Of a stretch of DNA of 32,000 nt, positions 8,190 through 18,400 are shown one piece after another. The notes under the pieces are model-generated. The model was not told the origin of the DNA and made no database searches. It worked only from the letters and a program-made list of their open reading frames with translations. Both the position numbers and the translations under genes were made by a program. Within the stretch, counting starts at the first letter, position 1, and the number at the start of each line of letters is the position of its first letter. This DNA is from an uncultured archaeon (GTDB taxonomy: Archaea > Iainarchaeota > Iainarchaeia > Iainarchaeales > Iainarchaeaceae): positions 13,773 to 45,772 of the forward strand of contig CAZNZM010000005.1 in NCBI GenBank assembly GCA_964577555.1. Direction: 5' to 3'.

Positions 8190-11100
8190 CTATTGTCCAA
8201 TGCATGTCCTTCCGGCTTCTAAAGAATTTGCAAAGCTTGAAATATTTTTTTGCCTGCCGTTATATGTATAAACGTATTGTGGGTTCCACCAGAATTTTAC
8301 TGAATTTCCAGTACTTGTAACGCATAACATGTTGTTTTCAACCATTTTGAAGGCATCCGAAATGCTTGCAATCCTGCCTGACAAACCCATTGAGTAGTCA
8401 TTATACTTCATACCAATTATCCCATTTAGCGTGACTTGTTTTCCGCTTTCATCAGGAGTCATGAATTCAACTCTTGATTCAGGTTTTGCCCTTATTTGCG
8501 TTTGCTTTTTCGGGTCTGAAAATATTATTGTCCTTAAATAAACGTCTCCAGAGTATTGTATCGAAGGCCAATCAATTGCATAACTTGATTTGTAATCGTT
8601 TATTTTGTCAGATTCCTTGCCTTGTCTGTCCGGTTTTTGATAAAATGCTTCTGTTACTGGCGCCCCTGTAAAGTCAAGGCAGTTTCCTGCTCCGTCCCAA
8701 TATGTAAGGCTTGTTCCAGTGCTGGTTGTAGCAGAATTTTCAATAATGCTGTAATAAGCATTCAAAGGTTGTGAACTTTTTTCAGAACTTATTTTCATTA
8801 TAAGCGGAGTTGCTTGCGAAGGCTGGAAAACTATTTTCGAACCTTTTCCTTCCTTGCTTGCTACTTCAAGCACCATGCCTCTTGTTTGCGGAGCCGTGTT
8901 CAAAGTATAAAGGTCATTATTGCTTGCAACCAAAATTTTTGATATTGCGTTGCTGCCTGAATCTTCAAAAGACATGACCGCATTTTTTCCATTATTAATT
9001 GCCACTATTGAAGTCCCGCCTTGGTTATAAAATGTTGCACCATAATTTTTTCTGTTTATTTTGTTGCCTTCCACGCCCACCAAACCGTCAAATGGAATAT
9101 AATAAAAAGGAGAATTTGGATTTGGATCTGCTATTCTTGTCATAATAATTGCAACATATCCCGTAATGCTTCCATTTTCCCTTATAAGCTTCCAATCGCC
9201 GCCAGTAAAATAAACAGCCAATTCAACCCTATAAAGCCCCGGATTGTTTATTTCAGAAGTATCCGCAAATTTCCTTCGCACAACAAATTTTCCTTCATCC
9301 ATTAATTTGTTGAAGCCTATTTTGTTTCCTTGGCTGTCACTTATCAAGCTTGTAAAGTATGAATCCGCATCAAAGAATTGGCCACTACTATAAGTTTTGC
9401 TGAAATCTAAAAAGAATTCTTTTGAATAATTGTCTTTTATCAAATAAGCGTCAAATATTAAAAGTTTTTGCAAGGCTTCCATATTCGGAATTGCTTTGGT
9501 CCATTTCACGTTTTTGCCTTCAATATATCTTATGAGTTGCGGAGTTCCTGCTATTGTTTCTGTGGTCCTGAATTCGCAAAACTTGGCTGCGTCGCCTTTT
9601 GTAGGGTCCCCGAAAAATATGGCATTTACAACGCTTCCTGATTGCTGTTTTTCTCCGGCAGTTGAACTTGAAATTGACGCGTTGAACAAATACGCTCCAT
9701 CTTCAAGGTTTGCGAAATCGCATGAAGCATTTCTTTTTTCGTCTTTTGAAATTCCAAGCAATTGCACTACGCAAGGCTCTAATTGTGTTGTTCCTTTGAC
9801 GCCTGAAACCGAAATGGTGGCGTCTTGATAGTCATCGGTTTTGTTTTCAACAGAAACATTGACTTTTATTTGGTTGTTTTCTTCTTTAAGCGTTATTTCT
9901 TTTACCCCTAAAAACCCATTTGGCACATTTCTTGACGAGCTTCCTTTGTATTGTTCTGCAATGCTGTTTGCTATTTCGCTTTTTGCATCTTTGGCAAACG
10001 AACATTCAAAATTGTAATTGTTTTCCTGCAAAAATTCGTTCAACATATTAAGTTTTTTGTTTAATTCAATGGTGAATTGCACTGCATCACAATAAACATA
10101 ATCGGGGTTGTCTGCGTCGCATTGATTGTAGGAAATTCCCCCTTCGTTTTCTTTCCAACTCCAATTAAATTTTACACGCGGCAAAGCGCCTTTTCCTGTT
10201 CTGCCTATTTCAAGTCCGTTTTGGCATGCAAAGCTGTCAAAAGTGGTTTTTGGAATGTAAGTTTTTTCTTCGGAAGTATTGAATTTGACGTGGAATTTTT
10301 GCGAATATACTTTGTCTTCCATATTGTTTAATGTATTGCATGGAACCATGTTTATCCAAAAATTCCCGAAATCTCCGTTAGTGCTTCCGGCTCTTCCGCA
10401 TTGTACTAATGCATTTTGGTGGGTTGGATCGCCGTGGATATGTTCTTTTGCCCGCATTGTGGCTATTGCATAAATAGGTTTTTCTTCCTCTGCAGACAAA
10501 TTTGTAAAAACAACGCCTACTACTTGTTTTCCATTCGGATTTGTTTTGTTGAATTTTTGTATTGCATCAGCAATATCCAACATCCATTCCCCTTTAAATC
10601 TCGAATCGCTTACAATTACATCAATAGCGTCAGGCCCAACATACCTTGGCTTGGTTTTGTCATCGGTTCCTACAAGATTTATAACGTAATCGTTGAGTGT
10701 GTGGGTTTCGAATTGTTCGCAAGGATCTTCTCCTAAAATAGTCATGAAAATTATTATGACAAATACTATTATTCCAACGACTGCGCCTATTCCCGTTGAT
10801 GCTCCGATTGCAAGAACAGTTATCAATCCTGCTGCTACGCCTGCAGCAGCGCCTCCTAATGCTATTCCTGCCTTTTCAGCATCATTAAGCCCGGAAGCGG
10901 CTTCTTCCCAAGCGCACTTGTTTGCTTTTACGTTTACTTTTTCTTGCAACATATAATTTGTTAAAGTTGCTTCGTCTTTCTTTCCTTTACCAATCATTGT
11001 GAATGCATATCTGTCCATTGAAAAGTATTCTCCTTCTTCAGGCTCCACAATAACATCGTACTCGGCTATTTGTCTGAATGTTCCGCCAGCAGGCTTTGCT

Positions 11101-14100
11101 TCTATTGTCAAACCATAAAAACCCGGTATTTCAAGCCTTGATACTTTTACATTTCTTGATTCCGCTTTAAGTCTTGTGAAATGATCTGGTTCAACAAGTA
11201 TTCCGCCTTCGTCTGTTCCGCCCCTGCATTGATAATTTTCTCTTCCCCCGCAAAACCTAAAATCCACTTCAACAGGACCGCAATCAACAGTATCAATTGT
11301 AAATTCCGCTTCTCTTTGGTTTGGTTTTAACTTTATGCCTTCGTCAGCCGCTGGAGTGAATTTTATGCATTGGTCAAGATTGGCTATTGCTATTGAACCT
11401 GAAATGTCATTGGTTGCTCCAACAAGTTGTTTTCCAGAATTTGTTTTGAGGCTTGCACCTATTTTTATTTTGAATTCGGCTTTTTTTCCTGTTGAATTCG
11501 GTTTTGGCACGAAAGTCATTCTTGCAGGATAAACCTTGCCATATTCCAATTTTTCAAGCAATACACTTGAAACGCTTTGTTGAAGTATTTCCCTGCCTAT
11601 TTGTCCGCTTGAAACATCTGTTACTGAAAATTCTATTTGCCCCAATTGACCCGTCTGTCCCTGCCAATTCACGGTTGCCTGCAAATTTGCCAAATCAATA
11701 GGCGTTTCTTCTTTTGATATGCAATTATTGACTATTTCAAATTCAAGCGAAGCTTGATTGTCAACCGTTGAATCCTGCCACTCAGCAGTTGAAAGCGAAA
11801 TACATGGGGCATTGGCAGGCATTTCAGCAAGGTTTATCAAAGCCTCGTATGGCAAGGAAGCAATCCAAATAGCGTTTCTGTCATTTGGAGTGCCAAACTC
11901 AAGCATGAAATTTCCTGAAATTTTTTTTTGCTGTTCAAGCAAATCAGCTTCAGAACCAACTGCTGATAACAAATTGATTTGTTTTGAATCAAGGCTTTGT
12001 ATTTGGTTTCCAACCCATTGCTGGACAAAAGTATTCATTCTTGCTTCATCCAGCAACCCTTTGGAGTTTATTGATTCGCGAATGCTTTTGATTGTAATTG
12101 GAATAGCTAAATTGTTTATTATTCTGACTTCCGAATTAGTCCCGCTTTTTACTTGCATATTCAAGGAAACCGAGACTTTTGATGGCTCAAATGAAACCAC
12201 TTCGCTTTTGAATTGTTTTTCAACAACGTTGGAAGCCAAACCTGATTTTTCAGCCCAAACAAACAATTTTGTTCCAGGCGAAGAAGCCGGCAAAAGCATT
12301 TTTGCGTTGCCGTTCCAATCGGTCACTGCACTGAATCTGGTTTCGCTTCTATCCGGCAAAACCCTTAAAGCGTAAATAACTGCTCTTTCAACGCCAAAGC
12401 CAGTGTCTTTTCCGGTGCTATAAGCAGCGTTTACAGAGATTTCTGTTTGAATATACGCCGGCAACGTTTGAGGCATTACTGACAAGCTTATGTTACCTTG
12501 CGCAAAAGGCAAAAAAGCGACAGGGCTTTTGAAAACCTCGGAATTGCCTGAGATTAAAGACAAAATCATGTTTTGCGGATTTGTGCTTTTTGGCTCTATT
12601 TCAATAATACCTCTCACGCTTTTGTTTTTTAAAAAATTTCCTGCTGCGATTTGTTCAATTTCATAACCTTGGTTTGTTGATGAAAACACCCTTCCATCGG
12701 CATTTGTAATTGAATAAGATTTAATCAAAAAGCCATTTTCATGTTCAATCTTTGCCGAAAAAGTTGCGTTGTTATATTCGTAATCGGAATTGTTTGTAAG
12801 AGTGAATTCCAAAACATATGGGCTGAATGTTTTCACTTTATATGGTTGTTCAATATACAGATTGGTTTCCTTGTCCAACAGCCTTGTTCTTAAACAAAAA
12901 TTCAAATTGCATAATTCTTCTATTCCTTCCAAAAACCTCAATTCATGGCTGTTTGCATAAAATCCTTTTTTTGATTGTGTGTCCGCCTCGTTGCCAAGAG
13001 TGTTGTCTGCAGGAACTCTAATATATCCTGAATCTGAAAAGGCATAAACTCTGTAATATAAAGGGAGTTCTGTTGAAGGCGCTGTGCCTGGCTTTATTCT
13101 TACATCAGCTTCAATTTCGTATTTTCCTGGTTCTGGCCTGTTCCATTGCACCGACACCCACTTTGCATTGCCTTGCGTTGTTTTTTCTTCATCATCTCCC
13201 AATGGCGGGTTGTATGTTTCTCCTTTGTTAATAAGCCGTGCAGGAACCCTTGTTGATTCTATCCATAAAACATCGCTAGCCACGTTTGCTTTGTCTCCCG
13301 CTCTGAAGAAAAAACCAGCTTCGGAATAATTTGAGTTGTTCGGAATTTCCATTAAAAACTTTGCAGTATAAAGCGAGCCTGCAGCAAGCGAAACAGCTTT
13401 TGTGTCCTTGTCTCTAAACATTCCTAAAAACATTATTTTTGGCTGGTTATCCGAACTTCCCTGTGTTAAAACCGCGTTGAATTGGATTGACTTGTTCGGC
13501 AACACTTGTTTTGGCGAGAAAAAATAAGATGCATAACCTTCTTTTCTTACAACAGCATACACGCTTTTGTCTGCTTTCACTTTCAAAGTGCCGGCGCCAT
13601 CAGGCCCAAGCGTTATTACTCCTATTGTTTTTCCATAATCCGCAATTAATTGTGCTTGAGCGCCAATCACAGGCAAGCCGTCTTCATTTACAGCCTTTAT
13701 GTTTATTGTGCCTTGTCCTATTGTAATACGCATTTGAACGTTGTTGTCTGTTGCAGGATTGACTTCAAACAATTCAGATTTTCCTTCGGCTGGGAATTTC
13801 TGAGCCAAAGCATAAAATTTACCCCTGCCTACACCCCTTATTGAAGCAACTCCGTTGAAATCAGTGATTCCGAAAGGATAAGCTGTCGCAACCAAACCAT
13901 CTTCGCCAAGCAGAATTACTTTTGCGTTTTCAACAGGCAAATTATCTTCATCAATGACCTTGACATTCAAATAACCGCATTTTGTAGGAGTGCACTTTTC
14001 AAGTTCAATGTTTATCCTTTGTTCGCTTCCCCTCGGAAAAGAAAACGTTGAAATTTCCCTTTTTGGCGAAGGAATAAAATCATTCTTGTAGGCACTGATA

Positions 14101-15218
14101 TAGTATGTTCCGCTGTCTTTCAAAAAGAACACCGCAGAACCGTTATAATCCTCGGTTTTTTTGCTTCCAACAATTCCGCTTGCATTGAAAAGAAAAACAT
14201 CAGCCCCACTGATTTTTGCTCCGCCTTTTTCCGAAACATTGACAACAAGTTTTAGCTTGACATCTTTTGAAACCAATATCTCTTTTTTAGAAATAATTCC
14301 TTCAACGACTTCAACAGGAATGCTTTGAGAAGCGTATTGCCCCGCGGGATCGCTTATCGCCGCAACGTAATTGCCCACAGGAATTCTTGTAAATGACACC
14401 TTGCCAAAGGAAGTTGCACCCTCTATTTCCGTAGGCGAATTTGAAGAATCAAAAAGCTTTACAAAAATGTCATTCAAATACCTTCCAGTATCAGCATCTT
14501 TTATATCCAAATCCAAATTACTTTTTGGCAAGTCCAAGCCTTGAAAATTAATTTGCCCGACTTTGGTTTGCACCATTGCAAAAGCCGATTTAAAACCAAC
14601 CGCAGTCGCACTTGCCTTTATTGTCCCGCAATTTTCCGGAGCCATTACCTTAAGCTCTCCTTCAGTTGTAACATACTCGTCTTTGTCAAAATTTTTTGCG
14701 GATTGAACAGTGCATGAAAGCTTGACCGAAATTTCTTTGCCAACAAGTTTTTTAGAGTCAGGGCCCACAAAAATCAAAGTGACTTCCCTTGCAGCTTGCG
14801 TCTTCGCAACCAAATCCATTTTCAATTCCATTTTAGCTCCTACGGAAACAATCAAATTTTTGTTTGAAACAGGCTTGTATCCTTCCTTGTTTGCCGAAAC
14901 CTTGAATTCCTTGCCAATGGGCAAATCAAACAAAGCTTCGCCGTTTGAATTTGTTTTCACTTCAAATTGGTTATCCGAGTCCTCGACCAGAACCTTTGCT
15001 TCGCTTATCGGATTGCCTTTGTCATCTTTTACAAGAACGCTTACCTGTGCGTTTTCAGGCTTTGCGTTCATAAAAAAAGCAAACGCCAAAATAATGAAAA
15101 TTACGAGTATTAAAATAATTGAATAAGGAAAAAAAGGTATTTTGCCTTTAAGAATCTCATACCTTCCGACAATTTCTTCTCTTATATTTGCCAGCTCCAT
15201 TGCAAAAAATATGTTCAT
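8190..15218 (-). CDS. Giant membrane-anchored extracellular repeat protein, 2342 aa (paralog C; alternative start 15200)
   Basis: Single ORF. N-terminal TM (FFPYSIILILVIFIILAFAFF), N-terminal carboxypeptidase-regulatory-like repeats, TYNPP...NAKWV segment, GEDPC...LNDYVINLV, and C-terminal domain YYIPFDGLVGVEG... ending in CIGQ. Collinear with the 862..8040 product. Confidence 0.95.
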   Translation of the reverse strand: MNIFFAMELANIREEIVGRYEILKGKIPFFPYSIILILVIFIILAFAFFMNAKPENAQVSVLVKDDKGNPISEAKVLVEDSDNQFEVKTNSNGEALFDLPIGKEFKVSANKEGYKPVSNKNLIVSVGAKMELKMDLVAKTQAAREVTLIFVGPDSKKLVGKEISVKLSCTVQSAKNFDKDEYVTTEGELKVMAPENCGTIKASATAVGFKSAFAMVQTKVGQINFQGLDLPKSNLDLDIKDADTGRYLNDIFVKLFDSSNSPTEIEGATSFGKVSFTRIPVGNYVAAISDPAGQYASQSIPVEVVEGIISKKEILVSKDVKLKLVVNVSEKGGAKISGADVFLFNASGIVGSKKTEDYNGSAVFFLKDSGTYYISAYKNDFIPSPKREISTFSFPRGSEQRINIELEKCTPTKCGYLNVKVIDEDNLPVENAKVILLGEDGLVATAYPFGITDFNGVASIRGVGRGKFYALAQKFPAEGKSELFEVNPATDNNVQMRITIGQGTINIKAVNEDGLPVIGAQAQLIADYGKTIGVITLGPDGAGTLKVKADKSVYAVVRKEGYASYFFSPKQVLPNKSIQFNAVLTQGSSDNQPKIMFLGMFRDKDTKAVSLAAGSLYTAKFLMEIPNNSNYSEAGFFFRAGDKANVASDVLWIESTRVPARLINKGETYNPPLGDDEEKTTQGNAKWVSVQWNRPEPGKYEIEADVRIKPGTAPSTELPLYYRVYAFSDSGYIRVPADNTLGNEADTQSKKGFYANSHELRFLEGIEELCNLNFCLRTRLLDKETNLYIEQPYKVKTFSPYVLEFTLTNNSDYEYNNATFSAKIEHENGFLIKSYSITNADGRVFSSTNQGYEIEQIAAGNFLKNKSVRGIIEIEPKSTNPQNMILSLISGNSEVFKSPVAFLPFAQGNISLSVMPQTLPAYIQTEISVNAAYSTGKDTGFGVERAVIYALRVLPDRSETRFSAVTDWNGNAKMLLPASSPGTKLFVWAEKSGLASNVVEKQFKSEVVSFEPSKVSVSLNMQVKSGTNSEVRIINNLAIPITIKSIRESINSKGLLDEARMNTFVQQWVGNQIQSLDSKQINLLSAVGSEADLLEQQKKISGNFMLEFGTPNDRNAIWIASLPYEALINLAEMPANAPCISLSTAEWQDSTVDNQASLEFEIVNNCISKEETPIDLANLQATVNWQGQTGQLGQIEFSVTDVSSGQIGREILQQSVSSVLLEKLEYGKVYPARMTFVPKPNSTGKKAEFKIKIGASLKTNSGKQLVGATNDISGSIAIANLDQCIKFTPAADEGIKLKPNQREAEFTIDTVDCGPVEVDFRFCGGRENYQCRGGTDEGGILVEPDHFTRLKAESRNVKVSRLEIPGFYGLTIEAKPAGGTFRQIAEYDVIVEPEEGEYFSMDRYAFTMIGKGKKDEATLTNYMLQEKVNVKANKCAWEEAASGLNDAEKAGIALGGAAAGVAAGLITVLAIGASTGIGAVVGIIVFVIIIFMTILGEDPCEQFETHTLNDYVINLVGTDDKTKPRYVGPDAIDVIVSDSRFKGEWMLDIADAIQKFNKTNPNGKQVVGVVFTNLSAEEEKPIYAIATMRAKEHIHGDPTHQNALVQCGRAGSTNGDFGNFWINMVPCNTLNNMEDKVYSQKFHVKFNTSEEKTYIPKTTFDSFACQNGLEIGRTGKGALPRVKFNWSWKENEGGISYNQCDADNPDYVYCDAVQFTIELNKKLNMLNEFLQENNYNFECSFAKDAKSEIANSIAEQYKGSSSRNVPNGFLGVKEITLKEENNQIKVNVSVENKTDDYQDATISVSGVKGTTQLEPCVVQLLGISKDEKRNASCDFANLEDGAYLFNASISSSTAGEKQQSGSVVNAIFFGDPTKGDAAKFCEFRTTETIAGTPQLIRYIEGKNVKWTKAIPNMEALQKLLIFDAYLIKDNYSKEFFLDFSKTYSSGQFFDADSYFTSLISDSQGNKIGFNKLMDEGKFVVRRKFADTSEINNPGLYRVELAVYFTGGDWKLIRENGSITGYVAIIMTRIADPNPNSPFYYIPFDGLVGVEGNKINRKNYGATFYNQGGTSIVAINNGKNAVMSFEDSGSNAISKILVASNNDLYTLNTAPQTRGMVLEVASKEGKGSKIVFQPSQATPLIMKISSEKSSQPLNAYYSIIENSATTSTGTSLTYWDGAGNCLDFTGAPVTEAFYQKPDRQGKESDKINDYKSSYAIDWPSIQYSGDVYLRTIIFSDPKKQTQIRAKPESRVEFMTPDESGKQVTLNGIIGMKYNDYSMGLSGRIASISDAFKMVENNMLCVTSTGNSVKFWWNPQYVYTYNGRQKNISSFANSLEAGRTCIGQ

Positions 15219-15256
15219 TTTGTTATTAAATTATTTGTTCAACCAATTGTCGGTTG

Positions 15257-15270
15257 CATATTTAAAAAGT
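15257..15270 (-). promoter_or_regulatory. Candidate TATA box for the 2342-aa giant ORF
   Basis: Minus-strand ACTTTTTAAATATG, 39-52 nt upstream of ATG 15218, in a 231-bp intergenic gap. Confidence 0.35.
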
Positions 15271-15449
15271 CCGGTTATTAAAGGATTTTTTTTGCAAGCC
15301 ATTTTTTTGGAAAATTTTGAAATTTTTTTTGTTGTTTGTTTTGCGAGCCGTTTTTGTCATTTTTTTTGAACTTATTTTTTTTGTCATGTTTTTTTTGAAG
15401 AACAATTTTTGAAATTGGTTTTATTTGTTTGCGAATAACTTTATAGTTT

Positions 15450-18400
15450 TTAGAATGCCTTTCTCGTGTTCGGCGAAGCTATGCATTGGTTGATCGCTTC
15501 TTCCTCTTTTGGCAGTATTGTGGAGTACAATTTTTTCGGGTTCCAGAAAAATTCAGATTTAATGTTGCTTCCAGTAATGCAAATGTATTCGTCTTTAACC
15601 AAATTGAATATGTCTTGCAGGCTGGTTATTCTCGGGGTTACTCCGTTTCCGTTGAGGGGAACTCTTTTACCTGTAGTGGTTCCGATAAGCCTTGCTTCAT
15701 CAGAAGCTATATCAACAATTTCAAGCCTGCTGTCGCTATCTTGCGGCGTGTAGAATATGGTTTCGTAAAATACTTTGCCGAAGTTTACTGGGTCTTGGCA
15801 GAATTCAAACGCGTATCTGCTTTCTTTTGGCAAGCCAACCAAAGCACATTTGGTGCTTATGCCGTGGGTATCAGTAATATAATTTTGTTGTGACATTACC
15901 GAACCGTCAAATCCTCTGCAACTTGCTCCTACACCATTCCACTTTGTAAGGTATGGACCTACATTTACCGCGTCTCCATCAATTGCTGGCTGGTAAACAG
16001 CGTATGCTGATCCGCTTGTTTTCTTTTCAATTTCAAGCATGACTGGAGTAGCGTTGGATGGTTGGTATAACAATTCAAGTCCTCCGTCAACTCTTGAAAG
16101 CTTTGCTATTACGCCTCTTTCATCTATTTGCATTGCCTTGAAATTGTTTGACTTCACTACTTTCAATATTCCGTTTTCTATCGGCGCCGAACCGGCAATG
16201 TCAACGGTTCTTACTGCGTTGGAACCATTGTCTATTAATATGCTGTCTCCTTCAAAGTTGATGCCATATCCTGTTCTTCCGCCTCTTTTTACATCTTCGT
16301 CAAGCGGTGGAACCCCTACCAAACCATTGATAGGCAGGTAATAGAACGGGCTGTCGGGTTGTGCCCCTTTCACTTTTTCCATTCTCACAACTATTTTTGC
16401 CGTAGGCTTGCCAGTGTTGTCAAAGAGCTTCCAATCCTTGTCTTCGTAATTTATGTCAATCGTGATATTGTATGTTCCTGGCCCCGGCAAAGTAAAGTCA
16501 GGTTGGCTGTAAGCGTCAAAAGTAAAAAGCTTTTGATCTCTAAAATAAGTTCCCAAGCCGCTTTCCGGAATGCCTTGCATGGAGAAATACCATTCAGGAG
16601 CTTGGAAGAAAGTATTGTTTGAAGCCACGTCAAAGTCGTGCTGGAAGTCTTTGCTGTAACCATCAACCATGAGCAAAGCATTGAAATTCACCAATTGCAC
16701 TATTTCGTTGTTTCTTATTCCTGAAGCTTTTAGAAATTCTGCCAATCTTGTTGTAGAGTAAGGAGTGCATTGTCCCAACCCAGATTCGCCTATAAACAAG
16801 TTTTTGGAAGCCGAATTTGTTGCAGAAACATCTTCGCACTTTTCACAGGATATTTTTGGAGAAATTGTAGCATTTGCAGTATAATACCCTTGTGCAAGGT
16901 TGTTGAAAGTGCATTTAACTTCTTGAGTTGTTCCAGCGGCCAACAATATTTTTTGCGTTCCGCCAGAGCAAATTATTTCAGGAGCGTTTGAAATAGGTTT
17001 GATTTTTAACACTACATCTGTTTCTATTTGGCTCGGATTTGTGTTTTTAACTTCCGCAATGACTTCTATGCTGTTCCCTGTTTTGATAGTGTCAAGCGAT
17101 GCTATTCCGACATCATAACTGCCTATCTCGTTTTTTATTGAAGTATTTTCTCCAGGCGTTGGGCATTGGAATTGGGAAGCATTTTGTCTCAAGAAATCAT
17201 CCAATATTTTGATTTTTTTAAGTATGGCTATGCTGAATTGCGTTGCGTCGCAGTAAACCCCGTTTGGGTTGTTTTCGTTGCATTCGTTTTCCGCTATTGA
17301 ACTCCAATTCCAAGCCAATTTTATTTTCGGCAATGCGTCAGGCCCTGTTGCCCCGGTTTTTTCTCCGTCTTGGCAGTTCAATATTGAAGGTGCTTGGATT
17401 GTTTCGATTTCAGGCGGAACCGCGTTGAATTCCAATTTATATGTTTGTTCAAGCCTTTGGCTAGGCAAATCCTCTTCAAGCTTCTTCTTTTGCTTATTTA
17501 AAGTGCTTGTGTCAAAGAAGCCGAGGAAACCGCCTTCCTCGTCATAAAAGTCTTTTTTCTTGTATGTTTTATCCTTGTATTTATGCCTTATTCCATTAAT
17601 CAAAAGGTTTGAATAATAAGGAGCTTCTTCTGTTGTTATCAGCCTGCTGTCATTCACGAAAACAGCCTTGTATATTTGCGTGCCTTGTGAAAGCACATCG
17701 CTTGGAGTATTAGTCAAAGGCATTGGCACTATAGTGCTGCTTTCCTCTTTTTCCTTGCCAAGCCCTTCAACTTCAAGCCTTATTTTATCATCCTCAACAG
17801 CTTGTTGTCCTTCGCCTTGCACCAACTTTATTCTTTGAATTTCAACATCTGGTTGCAAAATAGTGAATGGTACTTCTTTTTCCTGTCCGGAATAAGAAAT
17901 CAAAGTTCCTACAAATCCGCCTAACAACCCCGCTGCTAAAGGACTTGTTCCAAAGACTCCTCTTACAAGCCCTGCTCCGCTTTTAAGCAAACCCTCAGCA
18001 AGACTGCCAGCAGCACCTTGTGCTGCAGAATTTCCTATTGACATTCTTCCAGTAATTGGTAAAATGTTGGCGAAAGCAATTGGCGGCAAATTTGTTACAT
18101 CCTGCTCTTGTTTTTCACTTTGAGCAGTGGTATTAGTTTTATTATTATCTGTTTTGGGTTTTCCTGTTAGAATTTCCCTGTCTCCGGCTCCCCAATTGGT
18201 GAGCATTACAAGCCCTGCAGAAATTGCTCCATAAGCCAAGCCGTCCTGCAGAGCGTCAAGGAAGTCCTTTGTATTAACTTTTACTTCAACAGGTCTCTCT
18301 ACACAATTATTAGCTATTTTTGCAGAGTCAAAGCCGTCAATATCAACTTTTGGATCGTCATAAACCTCAAATTCGTATTTGCTTAACTGCCAACAACCAG

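Noticed and set aside
11758-12375. 205-aa + strand ORF
   Set aside because: Antisense shadow within the 2342-aa giant ORF; composition typical of reverse-complement reading of Lys/Glu/Asn-rich coding sequence.
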